From Chrysemys picta bellii (lineage: Eukaryota): a stretch of 64,000 nt of DNA. Made by a program: the position numbers and the translations under genes. This document shows positions 46,377-56,821 of this stretch, in pieces. Below the pieces are notes generated by a model, which made no database searches, was not told the origin of the DNA, and saw nothing but the letters and a program-made list of their open reading frames with translations. Every line of letters begins with the position of its first letter. Position 1 is the first letter of the stretch. The DNA lies in NCBI RefSeq assembly GCF_011386835.1, contig NC_088810.1:7564001-7628000 (forward strand), given 5' to 3'.

Positions 46377-47363
46377 TCACTTGGAGCTCCCCACCCCGGG
46401 GCCTGTACTTCCCTGTGATGCAGCCCCCTTCTCAGGCTGCCCCTTGCCTGCCTCCCTGTGACCCATGGTCATCTTCTGCCGGAAGGAGCTGCAACGCTGC
46501 CCCACGGAGCGCCACACCCAGGCCAGGCCGTGGTCCTTGGCCGAGGAGAGGAAGTAGAAGATGAGCGGGTCCAGGAAGGCGTTGCAGGCACCGGGCAGCA
46601 GCGCCACCCTGCGCCACCAGATGTCCTCGCCGCGGGCGTAGCCCACCACGTGGGACAGGTTATAGGGTCCGAAGCAGAGCACAAAGACAGAGAGCGTGGC
46701 CAAGGCCAGCCGCACCGCCCGGCGCTTCTTCTGCTCGTGGAGACGGGACTTGACGAGGACATGGATGCAGCCGGCGTAGCAGAAGACCGTGATCACCAAG
46801 GGCAGGAAGAACAGGGCCACGGAGAGCTCCAAGCGGACAGGAGCTAGCAGGGCCAGCTGCTCTGGACTGAATTCCTGGTAGCAGGCGGTGCCGTTGCCCA
46901 TAAAGAGGGTGGCGTTGGCGCCCAGCGAAGTCTCCAGGATGAGCAACAGGACGCCGTGAAAGGCCACCAGGGTCCAGATGGCCACACAGACCAGGCAGGA
47001 GTAAAGGGGCTTCTTGTAGAGCTGGTAGCGGATGGGGAAGGCGGCGCCCAGGTAGCGCCCGGCACTGACCGCCGTCAGGAAGCAGGTGCTGGCGTAGAGC
47101 GTGCCGAAGTGGGCCAGGCTGTAGAGAGGGCAGAGGAAGCTTGGTGGGGACCAGCCGGGTGGAACCACCTCCAGGATCTTGAGTGGCAGGATGAGGACGA
47201 AGGCCAGGTCCGAGATGCAGAGGTTGATCATGTAGATGAGGTTGGGGGTGAGGCGGGTGCGGGCGCGGCGGTAGAAGATGTACAGCACCAAGGTGTTGGC
47301 GGGCAAGCCCAGCAGGATGGTGACCGAGTAGACGGCCAGGGCCAGGGTGTCCAGCGGGTCCAT
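46377..47363 (-). CDS. FFAR1: Free fatty acid receptor 1 (GPR40) orthologue, 328 aa
   Basis: FFAR1 signatures RARTRLTPNLIY, LPLK, SAGRYLGAAFP (GRY instead of DRY), FCYAGC and LLPGAC; strong Kozak GCACCATGG; first gene of the cluster in transcription order. Confidence 0.88.
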   Translation of the reverse strand: MDPLDTLALAVYSVTILLGLPANTLVLYIFYRRARTRLTPNLIYMINLCISDLAFVLILPLKILEVVPPGWSPPSFLCPLYSLAHFGTLYASTCFLTAVSAGRYLGAAFPIRYQLYKKPLYSCLVCVAIWTLVAFHGVLLLILETSLGANATLFMGNGTACYQEFSPEQLALLAPVRLELSVALFFLPLVITVFCYAGCIHVLVKSRLHEQKKRRAVRLALATLSVFVLCFGPYNLSHVVGYARGEDIWWRRVALLPGACNAFLDPLIFYFLSSAKDHGLAWVWRSVGQRCSSFRQKMTMGHREAGKGQPEKGAASQGSTGPGVGSSK

Positions 47364-47444
47364 GGTGCCGGCTCAGCGGGGGGTGGAGGAGGGAGGCATC
47401 TCAGCTGGGGCTGGAATGATAACAAGGATGATCCCCCTTCACCG

Positions 47445-48272
47445 TGTCCCCTAGATCCAGCCCCCCATCCCTGCCCCACATCCCCTCAATCCATACCCCA
47501 GATCCCTGCCTCACGGCCCATCCCCTAGATCCACCTCCACATTCCTGCCCCACAGCCGCATCCCCTAGATCCACCCCCCATCCCTGCCCCACGTTCTCTA
47601 GAGCCACACCCCAGATCCCTGTCCCACGACCGCGTTGCCTAGATCCATCTCCACATCCCTGCCCCACGACCACACCCCCTAGATCCACCTCCTCATCCCT
47701 GCCTCATCATTACATCCCCTAGATCGACCCGCCCCCATCCCTGCCCCATGACCATGTCCCTTCGATCCACTCCCATCCCTGCCCCATGGCCACATCTCCT
47801 AGATCCACCCCCCATCCCTGCCCTACGGCTGCATCCCCTAGATCCACCTCCACTTTCCTGCCCCATGTCCACACACCCTGGATCTACCCCCAGTCTCTGC
47901 CTCATGGCCACGTCCCCTAGATCCACCCCCATCCCTGCCCCATGACCATGTCCCCTCGATCCACTCCCATCCCCGCCCCATAGCCGCGTCCCATAGATCC
48001 ACCCCCAGATCCCTGCCCCACGACCATGTCCCCTCGATCCACTCCCATTCCTGTCCCACGGCCGCGTCCCCTAGATCCACCTCCTCATTCCTGCCCTACG
48101 GCCGCATGTCCTAGATCCACCCCCAGATTCCTGCCCCATGGCTGTGTCCCCTCGATCCACCATGATCTTTGCCCCATCACTGCATCCCCTAGATCCACCT
48201 CCATGTCCCTGCCCCATGGCCGCGTCCCCTAGATCCCCCCCCCCATCCCTGCCCCATGGCCACATCCCCTAG
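47445..48272. repeat. ~39-40 bp VNTR (~21 units), G-rich on the FFAR1 sense strand
   Basis: Recurring CCCCTAGATCCACCCCCATCCCTGCCCCATGGCCACAT-like unit. Confidence 0.9.
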
Positions 48273-48454
48273 CTCCTACCTCTCTGGCTCAGCTCCCCAC
48301 ACCTGTGCTCCCGCCCGGCCTGGCTCCAGGGACGTGGCGAGCTGCTGTGCCAGCAGTCGCTGGGGGCGTGGATCAGCCTGCTCCCAGGTGGGATGAAATT
48401 GCCCAGAAGGAATTGTTCAACCAGGGCAGCTTCATCCCCCGGCTACGTGGCTGG

Positions 48455-48470
48455 GCCATAAAGCCATAAA
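48455..48470. promoter_or_regulatory. Tandem CDX/posterior-HOX motifs GCCATAAA x2 in the predicted FFAR1 promoter
   Basis: GCCATAAAGCCATAAA read directly; function inferred. Confidence 0.4.
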
Positions 48471-49269
48471 AACCCGGGGAGGCGCAGGGGGCCGCCCTGC
48501 CCCACGGGCCCTTCTGCCTCGTGCCCCCCAGCTGGAGCGACTGAGAGGGAGAGAACGGCCGCCGAGACGGGGGCACGGCTGGATTATCCCCCACGGGGAA
48601 TGGATCCCTCTGTGTGGACCCGGAGCTGGGACCCCGAAGTAGGACAGACACCCAGCCCCGCAATGTGACCCGATAAATGGGACTCGCCCCCTCATCCTGG
48701 GAGGAGATTTTCCCCACTTCAGAGGCAGCTGCCGCTCATCAATCCCTGCGTGGCGGTTTCCTAGCTGCCCCGCACCAGAGGTGGCTGCATCTCAGTGCTG
48801 GGTGATCCATCCCCATACAGAGTCGCTGTGTGGCTCTTCCCCAGCTGCTCCGCCCCAGAGCTAGACGCATTTCTTGGGGACTCCTTTAAAAGCAGCTGGA
48901 TCCCCCCCTTGTTAGTGACAAGCAGCATAGCATGGCATTCAGGTGTGCTACAGGTGCTTTCTACCAACTGCCAACGGAGTGGTTTCTCCTAGCGCCAGAG
49001 CCGAGGCTAGAACCCAGGAGTCCTGGCTCCCAGCCCCGCTGCTGTCAGCCCATCAGTTGTCAGGGCCTGTTATTTTGATGGCTGATACAAAGCTCAGTGA
49101 GCGAACTCCCCCGAGATCCCTATCGCTCTGCTTGTTTCCGTGACTCTGTGGTATTTCCGCTGGGAGAGATAATGTGGTTTTAGAGACACACAGGAAGGCA
49201 AGGTCAACTCACTAGAGTGAATTGCTCCCTCTGAAGTGCTGCTGCAGGAAACCCCCAGCATGATCTCAT

Positions 49270-49760
49270 GACAGAGCTGGCTGCATCTCAGGCCCAGCGA
49301 GCTGTCCCCATGTGGCGTTATGTGCGGCTGTTCCCCAGCTGCCCCGCCCCAGAGGTGGCTGCATCTCAGCACCAGGCTAGGCCTCCCCACGCAGTGTTGT
49401 GTGCAGCTGTTCCCCAGCTGCCCCACCCCAGCACTGTTCCCCAGCTGCATATCAGCACTGAGCGAGCCATCCCAAGCGGCGTTATGTGCAGCTGTTCCCC
49501 AGCTGCCCCGCCCCAGAGGTGGCTGCATCTCAGCGCTGGGTGAGCCATCCCCATACGATGTTATGTGCAGCTGTTCCCCAACTTCCCCACCCCAGTGGTG
49601 GCTGCATCTTGTAGTCGGTCAAGGTGTCCCCATGTGGCGTTATGTGTGGCTGTTCCCCGGCTGCCCCGCCCCAGAAGTGGCTGCATCTCAGCACCAAGCT
49701 AGGCCTCCCCATGCAGTGTTGTGTGCAGCTGTTCCCCAACTGCCCCACCTGAATCTCAGA
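49270..49760. repeat. Degenerate tandem repeat (CAGCTGCCCCGCCCCAGAGGTGGCTGCATCTCAG family)
   Basis: Several direct copies; related copies at ~48760 and, inverted, at ~45540. Confidence 0.7.
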
Positions 49761-51039
49761 GTCCGTCAAGGCATTCCCAGCTGCCTCACCCCTTACAGGC
49801 ATGAAGTCACTCACACCCACACCATAGCAGGAAACTGAGGCACGGGTTAGAGAAGGACAGAATGGAGGAGAACCCAAGCGTCCAGATTCCCGGCTTCCCC
49901 TGCTTTTAACCCAGCAAGCTTGCATTGTGCTGGGGTATCAGGGCTAGCCCTGACTGCCAGGGGAGAGCCCCCACCCTGCCCCCTGCAGCACAGCGCCCCC
50001 TAGTGCTGCCCTGGGGCCTTGGGGCCAGCCCTGGCTGCCAGGGAAGAGCCCCCACTCCCCCCCACACACATACCCTGCAGCACAGCACCCCCAAGTGCCA
50101 CCCTGGGGCTTTGGGGCCAGCCCAGACTGCCAGAGGAGAGCCCCCATCCCACCCCCTGCAGCACAGCGCCCCCTGTGCCACGCTCTGGCATTGCATCCCC
50201 TCGTACAGGACGCACAGATCTCTCAAATAAATACAGCTCCTGGCAAATGCTCATAGATCAATTTATTTCTTTTCCTGCTGTGGCAGCTGCGCCGGTTTCT
50301 CTTGGCAGCGGGGGCCGAACGCTCCGGTGCTTTCCAGCTGAGAGCTGTTTACAGAACTTGCTATTTGACCAGTTCCTGCTGCAGTTAATAGCCTGTAAAG
50401 TATTTTTATTGCTGATCCTACGGCGGGAAGAGATGCCAATTACATCCCTGATTCCTCGTGCCAGGCGCGTGCTGGCCCAGGCACTTGTTAATCAGAAAGG
50501 AAAGCACTGAGTGACTGCATGCGGCTGTCCCCTGGCTGTCCCACCCCAGAGCTGGCTGCATCCCAGCACCGGATGAGCCGTCCCCGTGCAGCGTTGCTGT
50601 GAAACAGACACTGCTCATAAACATTTCAGGGAGCATTGCAAATCCTTCCCCCTCCCCCCGCAATTAGATCTCACTCCCCTCCCAGAGCTGGGGATAGAAC
50701 CCAGGAGTCCTGGCTCCCAGCCCCCCCCCGCTCTAACCACTAGACCCCACTCCCCTCCCAGAGCTGGGGCTGGAACCCAGGAATCCTGGCTCCCAGCCCC
50801 CGCACTCCAACCTATAGCGCACTAGAAAAGCTACAGAAGGTTGATCCGGCTCATCCCCTAGCACCCAGGGAGGAGGGGGGGACTTGGCCAAACCCACAGC
50901 CTGTGGGCCTCAGGAGGGTCGCCGTGCTGGGGGCCTAAACCTCAGGGGGCAGCACCTGGAGAGTCCCGGGGATAGCTGGGTGGGGGGGTAACCAGGGAAA
51001 GCACCCCCTGCTGCAAACAGGTGTGTCCTACAGCCAGCC

Positions 51040-51095
51040 GGGGAAGTGTGTGTGTCCCTGCTGCCCCCTGCTGGCTGGAACACCCCATCCCTTGC

Positions 51096-51140
<45 letters not shown>

Positions 51141-51253
51141 GCTGCCCCCTGCTGGCTGGAACACCCCATCCTTTGCCGTGTGTGTGTGCGTGTGTGCGTG
51201 TGTGTGTCCCTGCTGCCCCCTGCTGGCTGGAACACCCCATCCCTTACTCTGTG
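51040..51253. repeat. (GT)n-containing ~60-80 bp tandem repeat running into the gap
   Basis: Three copies of GTGTGTCCCTGCTGCCCCCTGCTGGCTGGAACACCCCATCC. Confidence 0.85.
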
Positions 51254-51753
51254 NNNNNNNNNNNNNNNNNNNNNNNNNNNNNNNNNNNNNNNNNNNNNNN
51301 NNNNNNNNNNNNNNNNNNNNNNNNNNNNNNNNNNNNNNNNNNNNNNNNNNNNNNNNNNNNNNNNNNNNNNNNNNNNNNNNNNNNNNNNNNNNNNNNNNNN
51401 NNNNNNNNNNNNNNNNNNNNNNNNNNNNNNNNNNNNNNNNNNNNNNNNNNNNNNNNNNNNNNNNNNNNNNNNNNNNNNNNNNNNNNNNNNNNNNNNNNNN
51501 NNNNNNNNNNNNNNNNNNNNNNNNNNNNNNNNNNNNNNNNNNNNNNNNNNNNNNNNNNNNNNNNNNNNNNNNNNNNNNNNNNNNNNNNNNNNNNNNNNNN
51601 NNNNNNNNNNNNNNNNNNNNNNNNNNNNNNNNNNNNNNNNNNNNNNNNNNNNNNNNNNNNNNNNNNNNNNNNNNNNNNNNNNNNNNNNNNNNNNNNNNNN
51701 NNNNNNNNNNNNNNNNNNNNNNNNNNNNNNNNNNNNNNNNNNNNNNNNNNNNN
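51254..51753. other. Assembly gap, exactly 500 N
   Basis: Counted directly. A round size suggests a scaffolder join of unknown true length. Confidence 0.98.
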
Positions 51754-53234
51754 CGTAGCTAAAGCCACTGCCCCTGGGGGGCGCCAGATCTGCCAGCGAA
51801 GGGAGGAGGTGCAGGACCTTGCGCGAGGGAGATCTCAGCTCTATGTCCAGACCTGGAACAGACCCGCAGGGACCAGTGTCCATTGTACGTGTGCCTGCTA
51901 AACGCCCATCCCCCACCCACCTGGAGGATAACAGCCCTACTACCGCTGTAAAAGGCACTCCGCTTTTAGATCACGTGAGCCCGTCACTGTGGTGCTGGAA
52001 GTCCTGCGTTCAAATCCTTGTTAATAACAGCCTGTTCCCACTGCTGCTACCAAGCGGCGCGGGCCCTTCCGCTTGCACCGTGCATTGATGGTGAAGGTCC
52101 AGAGTCCAAATCCTTCCCATCCACATGGCAGATAATAGCCTTACTACTGCCGCCAACACATGGCACTGCTACTTTAGCTCAAGCAGTAGCGTGCTGGGCT
52201 GTAGCCTCTTGAGTTCCAGTCCCACCAAGGCAGTAACTACATTTCCACAGAGGCCAACACACACTAATAATAGTGGCCAAGGAGGAGGAGTTCTCCATAG
52301 CTTAACAAGGGCAAACTCGGGGTCCACAGGCCCCTCACGGAGCCTGGTCCTTGTTCATCTGCCACTAAATGGTTCCCCTGAAATGGGACCTGCTCATCCC
52401 AGCCTGTTTGCCCTCCCTCAAGCAACCTCCACTTGGTTCTCCCCTTGCAGTTACAGCCCATAGTAGCTTGTTTGCCCGTGGGCCCAACCATGGGGAAGGA
52501 AAGACCTGGAGTGGGTGGACAGTGATGAAATAGGCCAACCACTTATGTGCCAGCAGTGGCAAAGGAAGGCCCTTGACGCCATGGCGACCCTGACACTGAG
52601 AGAGGCCGGATCTTTGAGGAAGTTGGGCCACTCACTCCAAAGCTGAAGTAGGCCAAAGTCTGGGGGGGCGCTTGGCCAACTGCTCGTGGCCAGGGCAAGG
52701 ATGGACCGTGGCCCCAGCCCTCGCTCTGCCCCAAGGCCCAGCCCCTGCTCAGCCTCTTCTCCCCTGAGGCCCCGCCCGCCACTCGCACCGGGTGTAAGGG
52801 GTGGAGAGGACTGAAGCGGGGGGAAGCTGGGGAGGGGGTGGAGAGGAGCTAACAGTGAGCAATGGCTCTAGAGGAACAGGCTCAGTGGGGCACGGGGGGG
52901 GCTCAGGCTCCAGCAGGGGGGTGGGGCCAAAGTCCCAGCACCAGGGCCCCTTCTAAGTGTGGGCCCGCTCCCGTTGACGCCATTGTAAACCCGGTACTGC
53001 TCATGGCCCGGCAGCGGAAAAGGAAGGACCTTGACCCCAACTGGAGGTCGGCCAAACCCCTGTGCAAGTTTGGCCAACCACACTGAAGCTCAGGTAGGCC
53101 AAAGCCATGTGGAAGTTGGGCACCAACTCCAAGCCCCGCCGCACGCTGCTGTCTGAGGAGGCCTACGGCCCTCTCGGGAGGTGCAGGGAAGGACAGAAGA
53201 TGCCGTCCCGGGCTCAAGTGCAGGATCTCTTGTT

Positions 53235-54271
53235 TAGGGTTACCATATTTCAGCAAGCAAAAAAGAGGACGGGAGGAGCCCCACCCCTGTCCTGCCCCTG
53301 CCCCTCCCACTTCCCGCCTCCCCAGAACCCCCAACCCTCCCCCCGTTCCTTGTCCCCTGACTGCCCCCTCCTGGGACCCCTGCCCCTAACTGCCCCCCAG
53401 GACTCCACTCCCTATCTAAGCCTCCCTGCCTCTTGTCCCCTGACTGCCCCAACCCTTATCCACACCCCCACCCCCAGACAGACCCCTGGGACTCCCACGC
53501 CCCATCCAACCACTCCCCACCCCCTGACAGCCCCCCCCCCAGAACTCCCAACCCATCTAAACCCCTCTGCTCCCTGTCCCCTGACTGCTCCGATCCATCT
53601 CCCCACCCCTGCCACCTGACAGCCCCCCCCCAGAACTCCCAAACACCCCCCCCGCTCCTTGTCCCCTGACTGCCCCCTCCTGGGACCCCTGCTCCTAACT
53701 GCCCTCCAGAACCCCACCCCCCACCTAAGACTCCCTGTTCCTTGTCCCCTAACTGCCCCCTCCTAAGACCCCCCCCAACTGCCCCCCAGGACCCTACCCC
53801 CTACCTGTACCCTGACTGCCCAAAACTTTCTCCACTCCCCCCAAAAAGCCCCCCCCAGTTTCTTGACTGCCCCCTCCAGAACCTCCCTGCCCCCTGACCT
53901 CCTTACCCTGCTGCTCAGAACAGAGTGTTGGGCTCTGTGCAGCCGAGCCGGACACGTGGCTGAGCTCCCCAGCACAACAAAACCCGGTCCCTGGCCCTGC
54001 ACAACAAAACCCGGTCTGGCCCTGCACAGTGCTGCCGGACTGGGCTGCAAGGGAGCTGCCGGCTCAGAATGCAGGGCGGATCCGGCTCCTCTACAGCTGC
54101 TCCGGAGTCCAGCCCGGGACTTCCCTGCAGCCCTCCCAGCCGCTCACTCTGCTCTGCCGGGGGAGGGGGAAATCCCGGACATTGTGAGTGCTTTACAAAT
54201 TCCCCCCGGACGCTATTTTTAGCACAAAAAGGAGGACATGTCCGGGTAAATCCGGACGAATGGTAACCCTA
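53235..54271. mobile_element. hAT non-autonomous element (1037 bp) in the predicted 3'UTR of copy b'
   Basis: TIR TAGGGTTACCAT; TSD CTCTTGTT/CTCTTGCT; single CTCTTGCT at the empty site (~22739). Confidence 0.92.
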
Positions 54272-54343
54272 CTCTTGCTCCTGCGGTGCATGGGACAAGG
54301 AAGGCTCTGCGGAGGAAGCAGAGAGTCAGTCTCATCCTGGGGG

Positions 54344-55339
54344 TCAAGTCGTCGACTCCTCAATCACGTTCTTACTGGCTGCCTTCAACTCGCTGCCCCC
54401 TTCTCCGCAGTGAGTCAAGCAGGGGAGATGGCACCGGGACAAGATGGTGTTAAGTTTATGCCACAGGGTGGCCAGGCAGTTGGCGAAGGCCCTTTGGACG
54501 GCAGTGGAGGAGAAATAGAAGATGGCGGGGTCCAAGGCGGCATTGAGCGTGCTGAGGAGAAGAGCGTACACCCTCCAGGAGGGGCTCTTCTTCTGGACAA
54601 AGCCCACCACGTGGGACAGGTTGTAGGGGGCGAAACAGACTATGAAGTTGAACAAGGTAACCAGAGCCAGGCCTACGGCCCGCTGCTTCCTCCGGGCCGA
54701 GATGTTGGGCAAGGCCACCAGGATGCGGACGAGGTTGACGTAGCAGAAGATGGTGACGGCGAAGGGAAGGCAGAAGAGGACGACGAAGAACTCCAGACGG
54801 ACAGGGAGCAGGATCTGGCGCTGCGTAGGGGAGAAATGTTCATAGCAGTTGGACACGTTTTTGGAAGTCGCAGTCCCATTGGGGCTCAGGACCTCGTATT
54901 GGACAATGTAGACGATGCTGCAGTGGGCGCAGATGATCAACCAGAAGACCACGGAGGTGGCGATAGCATATGCTGGACGGCGCCGGAGCTTGTACTTGAT
55001 GGGAAAGGCCACCCCCAGGTAGCGATCAACGCTGACGGCCATGAGGAAGAAGGAGCTGATGTAGATGCTGTTGTAGTAAAAGTAGTTGGTGAGTGGGCAG
55101 AGGAAAGCAGGCAAGGGCCACACCATGCCTGAGGCAGCCTCCGCCATCTTGAAGGGGAGGAAGATGAGGAGGAAGATGTCGGAAACAGTGAGGTTGAGGA
55201 GAAGGATGTCGACGGGGGTGGGTTTTTGGCGGACCTTCACCAGGAAGGTGTAGAAGGCCAGAAGGTTGGACGGGAGGCCGGTCAGGAAGGTGAAGATGTA
55301 GACAGTGAGAACCAGCGGGATGTAAACATTTGAACTCAT
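54344..55339 (-). CDS. FFAR2: FFAR2-like GPCR, copy b' (331 aa); recent paralog or alternative haplotype of b
   Basis: Intact ORF; 9 nt differences from copy b by manual count, 4 of them changing amino acids. Confidence 0.8.
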   Translation of the reverse strand: MSSNVYIPLVLTVYIFTFLTGLPSNLLAFYTFLVKVRQKPTPVDILLLNLTVSDIFLLIFLPFKMAEAASGMVWPLPAFLCPLTNYFYYNSIYISSFFLMAVSVDRYLGVAFPIKYKLRRRPAYAIATSVVFWLIICAHCSIVYIVQYEVLSPNGTATSKNVSNCYEHFSPTQRQILLPVRLEFFVVLFCLPFAVTIFCYVNLVRILVALPNISARRKQRAVGLALVTLFNFIVCFAPYNLSHVVGFVQKKSPSWRVYALLLSTLNAALDPAIFYFSSTAVQRAFANCLATLWHKLNTILSRCHLPCLTHCGEGGSELKAASKNVIEESTT

Positions 55340-55522
55340 CTTCTCAGCTCCTTCAAAGGAGAAAAGGCTCATCAGCTGCCAAAGGAACCCAGGAGTCCTG
55401 GTAGTCAGCCCCCTCCTCCTCCAACCCACTAGATCCCACTCCCCTCCCAGCAGTGGGGATAGAACCCGGGAGTCCTGGCTCCAGCCCCCTCTCCCTCCAA
55501 CCCACTAGATCCCACTCCCCTC

Positions 55523-56613
55523 TGTGGCACTCTGTACCCCAAAGCAACACCTTGGAACCCCGTATTCACCAATGTCACATGATTATCTTATGTGTGATAC
55601 AAAGAATGCATGTGAGATATCATATGAAAGGTCATGATCTGCTGAAACCCATTGTTCTGTCCAAATATGTGTATCTTTAGTGTGCATGAAGTTATAAGAT
55701 TTTACTGTTTTGTTGTCAATGAAATATGTTGTAAGTTTGAAAGTCCTTCCTACAAGGGTGGTGACCCTCTCCCAGGTGGGCGTTCACTGGCCATTCATCA
55801 ACAGGGGTGTTGCAATCAAGGGATTTACAATTCAATGACAGTTGCAGAAGCACCACACAATGGGGGATTTACTTGGTCACTGTGACTCAGCAAAGCCCAT
55901 CAGGACGGGTCTTGGTATTAAGAGACAGAGGCTGCATGGCTTGGCCTTTTCTCCTCCCCCACCTACGCTGCAAGGACTCTGAGAAGAGAGAGAACTTCAG
56001 CAGAGGAGACAAGGGAGAAACCTGTGTATTGTGAACTGTAACATCCATTGAGTGGAGAAAACTGCTAGATCTAAATACTGCCTAGTGTCTTAGAGGTTGA
56101 AGTTTTAGACTAGACACTTAGTTTCTTTTCTTTGGTAACTATCTCTAACTTTTATGCCTACCACTTATAATCACTTAAACTCTCTCTATCTGCAGTTAAT
56201 AAATCTGTGTTATACTTTATCTAAAACAATGAATTTTGCTTGAAAAGCTTGGAAATCTTAGCTCAGTTAACAAAAGGCGTGTGCATGTCCTCCCCACATC
56301 GAGAGGCCCGGGGCGAGGGGGACGGGCTGGGCAAAGAACTGACACTGCTCAGGCTTCTGACCAATGCAGGATGGTACAGCTCCAGGGTCCTAGGTTGGGG
56401 AGAATTGGCTTTTTGGTTCGTGAGTGGCTGAGGGCAGCATTTCATGTAACTCGGCTGGGTGTGTCCCTGCCTGGGGATGGCTGTGTAAGTCCAGTACCTG
56501 CCAGACGTTTGTTGCTTGTCACAGCATCACAGTGTGAATGGGAGTCCAGACTGGTGGGGCAGAGGACTCAGGGGTATCTGAGTTCCAGGTTGCACCCCAG
56601 GGATCGTGTCACA
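55523..56613. mobile_element. Intronic solo LTR, counterpart of 23990..25087
   Basis: TGTGGCA...TGTCACA; TSD CCCTC. Confidence 0.9.
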
Positions 56614-56811
56614 CCCTCCCAGGCCTGCAGATAGAACAAAGGAGTCCTGGCTCCAGGCCCCCTGTTCTAATCCACTAGATCCCACTTCCCTCCCTGAGCT
56701 GGTAGAGTACCAGGAGTCCTCCTCCTAGACCCTCCACTCAAACTCTTACATGCCCCTCCCCCCAAGTCATGTGGCCAGAACCCAGGAGTCCTGGCTCCCA
56801 GCCCTCCTTAC

Positions 56812-56821
56812 CCGTAGCCAT
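56812..56821 (-). CDS. Predicted 10-nt first coding exon of FFAR2-like b'
   Basis: ATGGCTACGG|GTAAG, identical to copy b; in frame with the acceptor at 55350. Confidence 0.5.

Noticed and set aside
46377-46900. FFAR1 as a recent FFAR1/FFAR2 chimera
   Set aside because: FFAR1-type residues persist in TM5-TM7 (CYAGC, KSRL, LLPGAC), and there is no long stretch of nucleotide identity to FFAR2 or FFAR3.
47445-48272. Regularly spaced repeats as a CRISPR-like array
   Set aside because: Eukaryotic context, no unique spacers, no cas genes; this is a minisatellite.
50942-51958. Several long ORFs of 174-338 aa
   Set aside because: They are open only because they cross the 500-N gap.
13934-55132. Long antisense ORFs over every receptor (13934..14800, 22619..23599, 38982..39800, 46956..47528, 54188..55132)
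   Set aside because: All are in codon register with the sense CDS. Antisense stops would need sense TTA/CTA/TCA codons, which are rare in these GC3-rich genes. No recognisable protein.
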